A stretch of 64,000 nt of DNA. Origin: Octopus sinensis. Lineage: Eukaryota. A program made the translations under genes and the position numbers. The DNA lies in NCBI RefSeq assembly GCF_006345805.1, contig NC_043017.1:33294001-33358000 (forward strand), in the 5' to 3' direction. Within the stretch, counting starts at the first letter, position 1; every line of letters begins with the position of its first letter. Of this stretch, positions 63,586-64,000 are shown in pieces. The notes below the pieces were generated by a model that was given only the letters and a program-made list of their open reading frames with translations, was not told where the DNA came from and searched no databases.

Positions 63586-64000
63586 TAATATACAAACATT
63601 TCCAGAAAATATCCCGAATTGTAGCATCAGGCAGGGGCAGAGTAATGGCATGAAAAATGTAGAGAAGAAATATAAGTGTATAGTTCGACTTTGTATCTAA
63701 GAATTTATGGATGCAACATGTTCACAGTTATAAGCCTTTAGATGTGTGGATTTACATCACTGAATTAATATAACCATATATATTCATGACATAATAATAT
63801 GTTTGCTTCAATCTATTTAGCTTGAAAGCTGGTAGGAATCTCTGTGAAAATAACCTGTGATTATCTTGTAGTCTATCCTTCAAAAGTGTGGTCTTTCATT
63901 AATTTCAGAGTACAGATAAATAAGAGTCCTGTAAGGTCCGTAAAGTTTATAGTATTCTATCAAACTGCCAATTTTAGTTTGGTTGGCGATAGCACTATTC

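Overview
Repeat-saturated, AT-rich eukaryotic genomic DNA, very probably octopus (coleoid cephalopod). The species call is an inference from recognising the tRNA-derived SINE families and was not checked against a database. There is no complete host gene; one plausible internal coding exon lies at 61595-61767 on the minus strand. The background consists of (TA)n, (CA)n, (GATA)n and (TATG)n microsatellites, more than 30 SINE copies from about 5 families, and relics of Helitron, Gypsy, Tx1/L1, RTE, mariner, maT, hAT, piggyBac-like and Merlin-like elements. Most ORFs in the supplied track are microsatellite or SINE artefacts. The main signal is a dense set of type I hammerhead ribozyme (HHR) motifs: about 9 with an intact CUGANGA heptamer (several decayed elsewhere) and about 6 with variant cores. 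They lie in several unrelated short non-coding elements. These include a 2.25-copy near-identical tandem array of a 432-nt HHR monomer (59909-60880) and two terminally redundant monomers of 475 nt and 482 nt. In most of these elements the ribozyme-sense 3' end abuts a (TA)n tract. Two reverse-transcriptase-less GIY-YIG endonuclease units (one intact ORF, one decayed) also abut (TA)n. Together this suggests a (TA)n-targeting Penelope-like/retrozyme system with separate endonuclease-only and ribozyme-only components; that link is an inference.
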